From: a virus
Taxonomy: Duplodnaviria; Caudoviricetes
Virus record (IMG/VR): IMGVR_UViG_3300010167_000013
DNA length: 64,000 nucleotides
Direction: 5' to 3' (one strand)
Shown: piece by piece, positions 61,007-64,000 of the stretch
Numbering within the stretch: the first letter of the stretch is position 1
How the letters are laid out: every line of letters begins with the position of its first letter
Notes under the pieces: generated by a model
The model's database searches: none
What the model saw: only the letters and a program-made list of their open reading frames with translations
What the model was told of the DNA's origin: nothing
Made by a program: the position numbers and the translations under genes

Positions 61007-61110
61007 ATGGAACTTGAGTCTAGAGTAAACAAACAAGATTGGATAGAGTTTGGTAATCCACCAAATGAAATGGCTAGACAATTTATGATGGAGAATTTCG
61101 GATGCTGTAT
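61007..61110 (+). pseudogene. Possible truncated paralog of the 59934 N-terminus
   Basis: GAGGT RBS; IEFGNPPNEMARQFMMENFG versus VDIGDPPGVAVGTVKEYVG; frame runs into the terminator hairpin 61108-61139. Confidence 0.3.
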
Positions 61111-61138
61111 TGGGAGGGTGCAAGCGCACCCTCCCAAT

Positions 61139-62455
61139 TTACTCCTTTTCAGGATCATCAGATTTTTTCAAAATGATTCTATGTGAAGAGCTCATGTAGT
61201 GCTCTGTCTCAAGCTTAATGTAGTGATATGCATATGCTAATCGATATTCATTCTTCCCATACTTCTCATGTTTCAGTGGTTCATCGAAGATCACTCTGAA
61301 AGTTTTGTTTGGTGTGAATGCATTGATGTCCAGATTATCACCATTGATGTAAATAATACATTCGTTTTCTTCCATTCTAGTCTTGATCACTTCTCCGGTG
61401 TATTTGTTTTCTTTCTTGATGAATGTAATTCTTTCATTACGTTCATCTATGTATGATTGATCGGCTTCATACACGTTGATTGTGACATCATCGGTAACAA
61501 CCATCTTAGCTTCACTGCCTAGTTCAACATTCTTACTGATACTAAACTTCTGTGGATTGATATCCATTTCGGTAATAGTTGGGTAGAATATATTTTCTCC
61601 CTGTACTCGGATCATTCCATTCCCAGGAACAGATTGATCTAATGTTGATATCATGAAAGATGTCTCTGTCCATTCGTCTTCTCTCTTGGCTGTAACTTTT
61701 CCATTCGAGTTCAGAATATACAGTGTATCGATATCATAGTAGATTAGAGCTCCTTTTTTGTACAACCCGTAGTATTGGTCCAGGTATATCAAATCTTTGT
61801 ACGCTGGATTAGCTGGGAGCAACAACTCTCTATAAACTTCATCGTTCTCCAACTTACTCATCAATACGTTTTTATGTTTGGTCTGAGTAAGTATTTCCCC
61901 AATAACATTTTGAATAGTTGAATTTGTGTAAACTCTGTTAACAGTCTTTCTGGATGCCTTCAATAGCTTTGGGTTGAATAGATAGATATCCAATAGATTT
62001 TGTGTTTCGTAGTAGTTTTCTTCATCGATATAATTCAAGTTGAAGTCAGTAGACTCATTCAGAGCTAATCGTTCTTCTAAGACCTTGATGTCAGTTGCTT
62101 CGTCTTCATCATTAAAGTGAACAGAGAACTCAAGGTTCCAAACTTCTTCTGGAGATGTTATGGGATTTTCGATATCGGTATCCATCCCGAATTTATCAAA
62201 CTCAAACTTCACAACTATCTCTTTTTTATTCTTCAGAATCCACAATCTTCTACGAACATCTACTCTCAGGGTAACCTTGAGAATAGCCATCAAATTGAAC
62301 TCGTAATCGTTCACGTATTCGACCGTCAAGATATTACTATGATCCAACTCAATCTTTTCATCGTCTTTCATGATAACAAAACTCTTTACCTGATACTTAC
62401 ATAAGTATAGCTTCTTCTCAATATTTTCCTCTGGGTTCACAGAAACCAACTCCAT
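61139..62455 (-). CDS. Putative tail/baseplate hub protein
   Basis: 438 aa acidic beta-rich; hub-like layout; next to fibre genes. Confidence 0.45.
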   Translation of the reverse strand: MELVSVNPEENIEKKLYLCKYQVKSFVIMKDDEKIELDHSNILTVEYVNDYEFNLMAILKVTLRVDVRRRLWILKNKKEIVVKFEFDKFGMDTDIENPITSPEEVWNLEFSVHFNDEDEATDIKVLEERLALNESTDFNLNYIDEENYYETQNLLDIYLFNPKLLKASRKTVNRVYTNSTIQNVIGEILTQTKHKNVLMSKLENDEVYRELLLPANPAYKDLIYLDQYYGLYKKGALIYYDIDTLYILNSNGKVTAKREDEWTETSFMISTLDQSVPGNGMIRVQGENIFYPTITEMDINPQKFSISKNVELGSEAKMVVTDDVTINVYEADQSYIDERNERITFIKKENKYTGEVIKTRMEENECIIYINGDNLDINAFTPNKTFRVIFDEPLKHEKYGKNEYRLAYAYHYIKLETEHYMSSSHRIILKKSDDPEKE

Positions 62456-62474
62456 AATATAATTTTATTAGGAG

Positions 62475-63395
62475 GTGATGCCGATGAACAATGTTATTGA
62501 TGTAAGTAATCTACAGCATCTGATGAGTGCTATCAAGAGTAAACTTGATAGGAAGTCCAACTTGGATCATCTCCATGGTAACATGGTGAACATATCAAGG
62601 ATAATAACACTCGAAGATGTAGAGACTATGAACATCGAGGAATTAGAAAAAACACTTTTGTTGTTCTCTACAGTGATTGATGAATTTTATGTTGATGGAG
62701 CTAATGGATCTGATTTATCAGGTGATGGATCGGAAGGACGACCTTGGAAAACAATTCAACACTCAATAGATAGTATGAAAAAACTATGTTCTCCCATAGG
62801 GAGAATATCGTTATATATTGCCAATGGGATATATGTGGAAAATGTTGAAATAGAAAGTATGAATATTAATGTAATAGGAAATGATGTTACACCAAATGCC
62901 GTAACAATAAAGAGTCTATCTGGACGTACCTTTCAAGCATTAGGTGGCGACTTATATATCAGCGGCATTCGATTTGAAGGATCAACCCTACGAACATTTC
63001 TTGGAGCATGGAATAATCATAGTAGAATAGCTAACTGCGTTTTCTATTCCAATGTCGTAAATGAATATGACGTGTCATCTGAATCTTCCTTCGTGAGGTT
63101 GTATGATGTTAATTTCGCCGGACCACTAAGAGGAAGTATTCTTGGAGCTTCTTATCATGGGGTAATATGGCCATGGAATAATAATAAAGTCATTGATCCA
63201 ACCACAGTTACCAATTTAGTGCATTCATATCATATGGGGAATGTTATTGTTTCTGGAGCAACATCATTCACTAGTAGTGTGACCATAACAGGAAGAAGAT
63301 ATCAAGTTACCCAGATGGGTAGGTTAGAAACTTTATCTAACCTCCCCGCAGCTACTATTGCAGGTACAACAGCCACAGGCGGTACAGTCATATAG
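62475..63395 (+). CDS. Tail fibre/receptor-binding protein with beta-helix
   Basis: YVDGANGSD..GDGS...PWKTIQ, IANGIY.E; N-terminal K....H.H anchor. Confidence 0.7.
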   Translation: MMPMNNVIDVSNLQHLMSAIKSKLDRKSNLDHLHGNMVNISRIITLEDVETMNIEELEKTLLLFSTVIDEFYVDGANGSDLSGDGSEGRPWKTIQHSIDSMKKLCSPIGRISLYIANGIYVENVEIESMNINVIGNDVTPNAVTIKSLSGRTFQALGGDLYISGIRFEGSTLRTFLGAWNNHSRIANCVFYSNVVNEYDVSSESSFVRLYDVNFAGPLRGSILGASYHGVIWPWNNNKVIDPTTVTNLVHSYHMGNVIVSGATSFTSSVTITGRRYQVTQMGRLETLSNLPAATIAGTTATGGTVI

Positions 63396-63409
63396 ATAGG
63401 GTGATATCA

Positions 63410-64000
63410 GTGAACAAGATAATTGACACCTCAAATCTGAAGAGGGTACTAACAAAGATAGATGATATTAAATCAGATAAAGGTCATAGTCATGCACCAT
63501 ATGTACCTCATGGACAAGTAATAGGAGTTAATGGAACATTGGAATCGAGAAGCTTAGCAGCTAATTCATGGACTAAAGTAAAATTAATACCTGATAACGG
63601 GGACGCTGCTACTGTCAATTCTACGGGTGAGTGGATATGCCCAAAGGATGGATTGTATGAAATATCTGTAAATTATGGATATTTTGCTCCAGCAACTCAG
63701 GTTTACCTACACCTACTACTCAACTCACCTAATACTTTTGTAGAGAGTTCAAGCATAGCTCTTTCAGTGAATACGAGTAATATAAATTGGTTTCCTACTC
63801 TCAACGTCACACGAAAACTTACAAAAGATGCTAATGTTTCACTATGGGCTTATCGCGGTAATGTTGGTGTGATAGGAGCTTATGAAGCAACGTTCTCCAT
63901 CACCCTTAACTCATCCATCGACATATCAACATGGGATGCATATGAAACATGGAAATCATTAAATCCTGAAACCAATACAGCTTCATTTGATGATTGGGTA
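63410..64000 (+). CDS. Second fibre protein, partial (C1q/TNF-like domain)
   Basis: GTG start, open to window end; MNKIIDTSNL...KSDKGHSH; TGEWICPKDGLYEIS. Confidence 0.65.
   Translation, partial: MNKIIDTSNLKRVLTKIDDIKSDKGHSHAPYVPHGQVIGVNGTLESRSLAANSWTKVKLIPDNGDAATVNSTGEWICPKDGLYEISVNYGYFAPATQVYLHLLLNSPNTFVESSSIALSVNTSNINWFPTLNVTRKLTKDANVSLWAYRGNVGVIGAYEATFSITLNSSIDISTWDAYETWKSLNPETNTASFDDWV

Noticed and set aside
678-62404. Many ORF-track entries antisense to long genes (e.g. 15990-16742, 13095-13715, 9415-9915)
   Set aside because: Shadow ORFs opposite well-supported genes; Ser/Phe/Ile-rich, no RBS or motifs.

Overview
A 64 kb slice of an AT-rich jumbo phage genome of the phiKZ/AR9-related type, judged by its own multisubunit RNA polymerase, split family-B DNA polymerase, tubulin and giant virion proteins. 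The cell-wall enzyme domains and strong GGAGG Shine-Dalgarno sites suggest a Firmicutes, possibly clostridial, host (inference). Standard genetic code. Two group I introns interrupt catalytic acidic motifs. One sits directly after DAD of a GyrB-like topoisomerase and runs off the left edge. The other lies inside the ADFDGD motif of an RNAP beta' gene; splicing 24831^23532 rebuilds an unsplit 935-aa beta', and the intron carries a GIY-YIG endonuclease gene on the opposite strand. Other recognisable genes: RecA/UvsX, SF2 helicase, primase, UDG, YqeK-like HD hydrolase, MazG-like pyrophosphatase, SLT, holin-like protein, a tape measure with three wall-degrading domains, tail fibres and tRNA-Pro. 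About 20 copies of an AATTATATATT(A/C)T early-promoter-like motif are present. The most unusual observations are: (1) a dispersed, recombining set of DUF4160/DUF2442-like toxin-antitoxin and toxin-immunity cassettes whose putative toxins share an N-terminal leader ending in a head-protease-like E/M site; (2) a tubulin + AAA ATPase operon followed by a TACGTA-rich palindromic element; (3) a free-standing, extein-less, splicing-dead intein; (4) several intact but catalytically degenerate enzymes (Dda-like helicase, 5' exonuclease, tandem ThyX-like); (5) a roughly 165-nt structured ncRNA candidate. All family assignments are by eye from motifs; no database searches were run.
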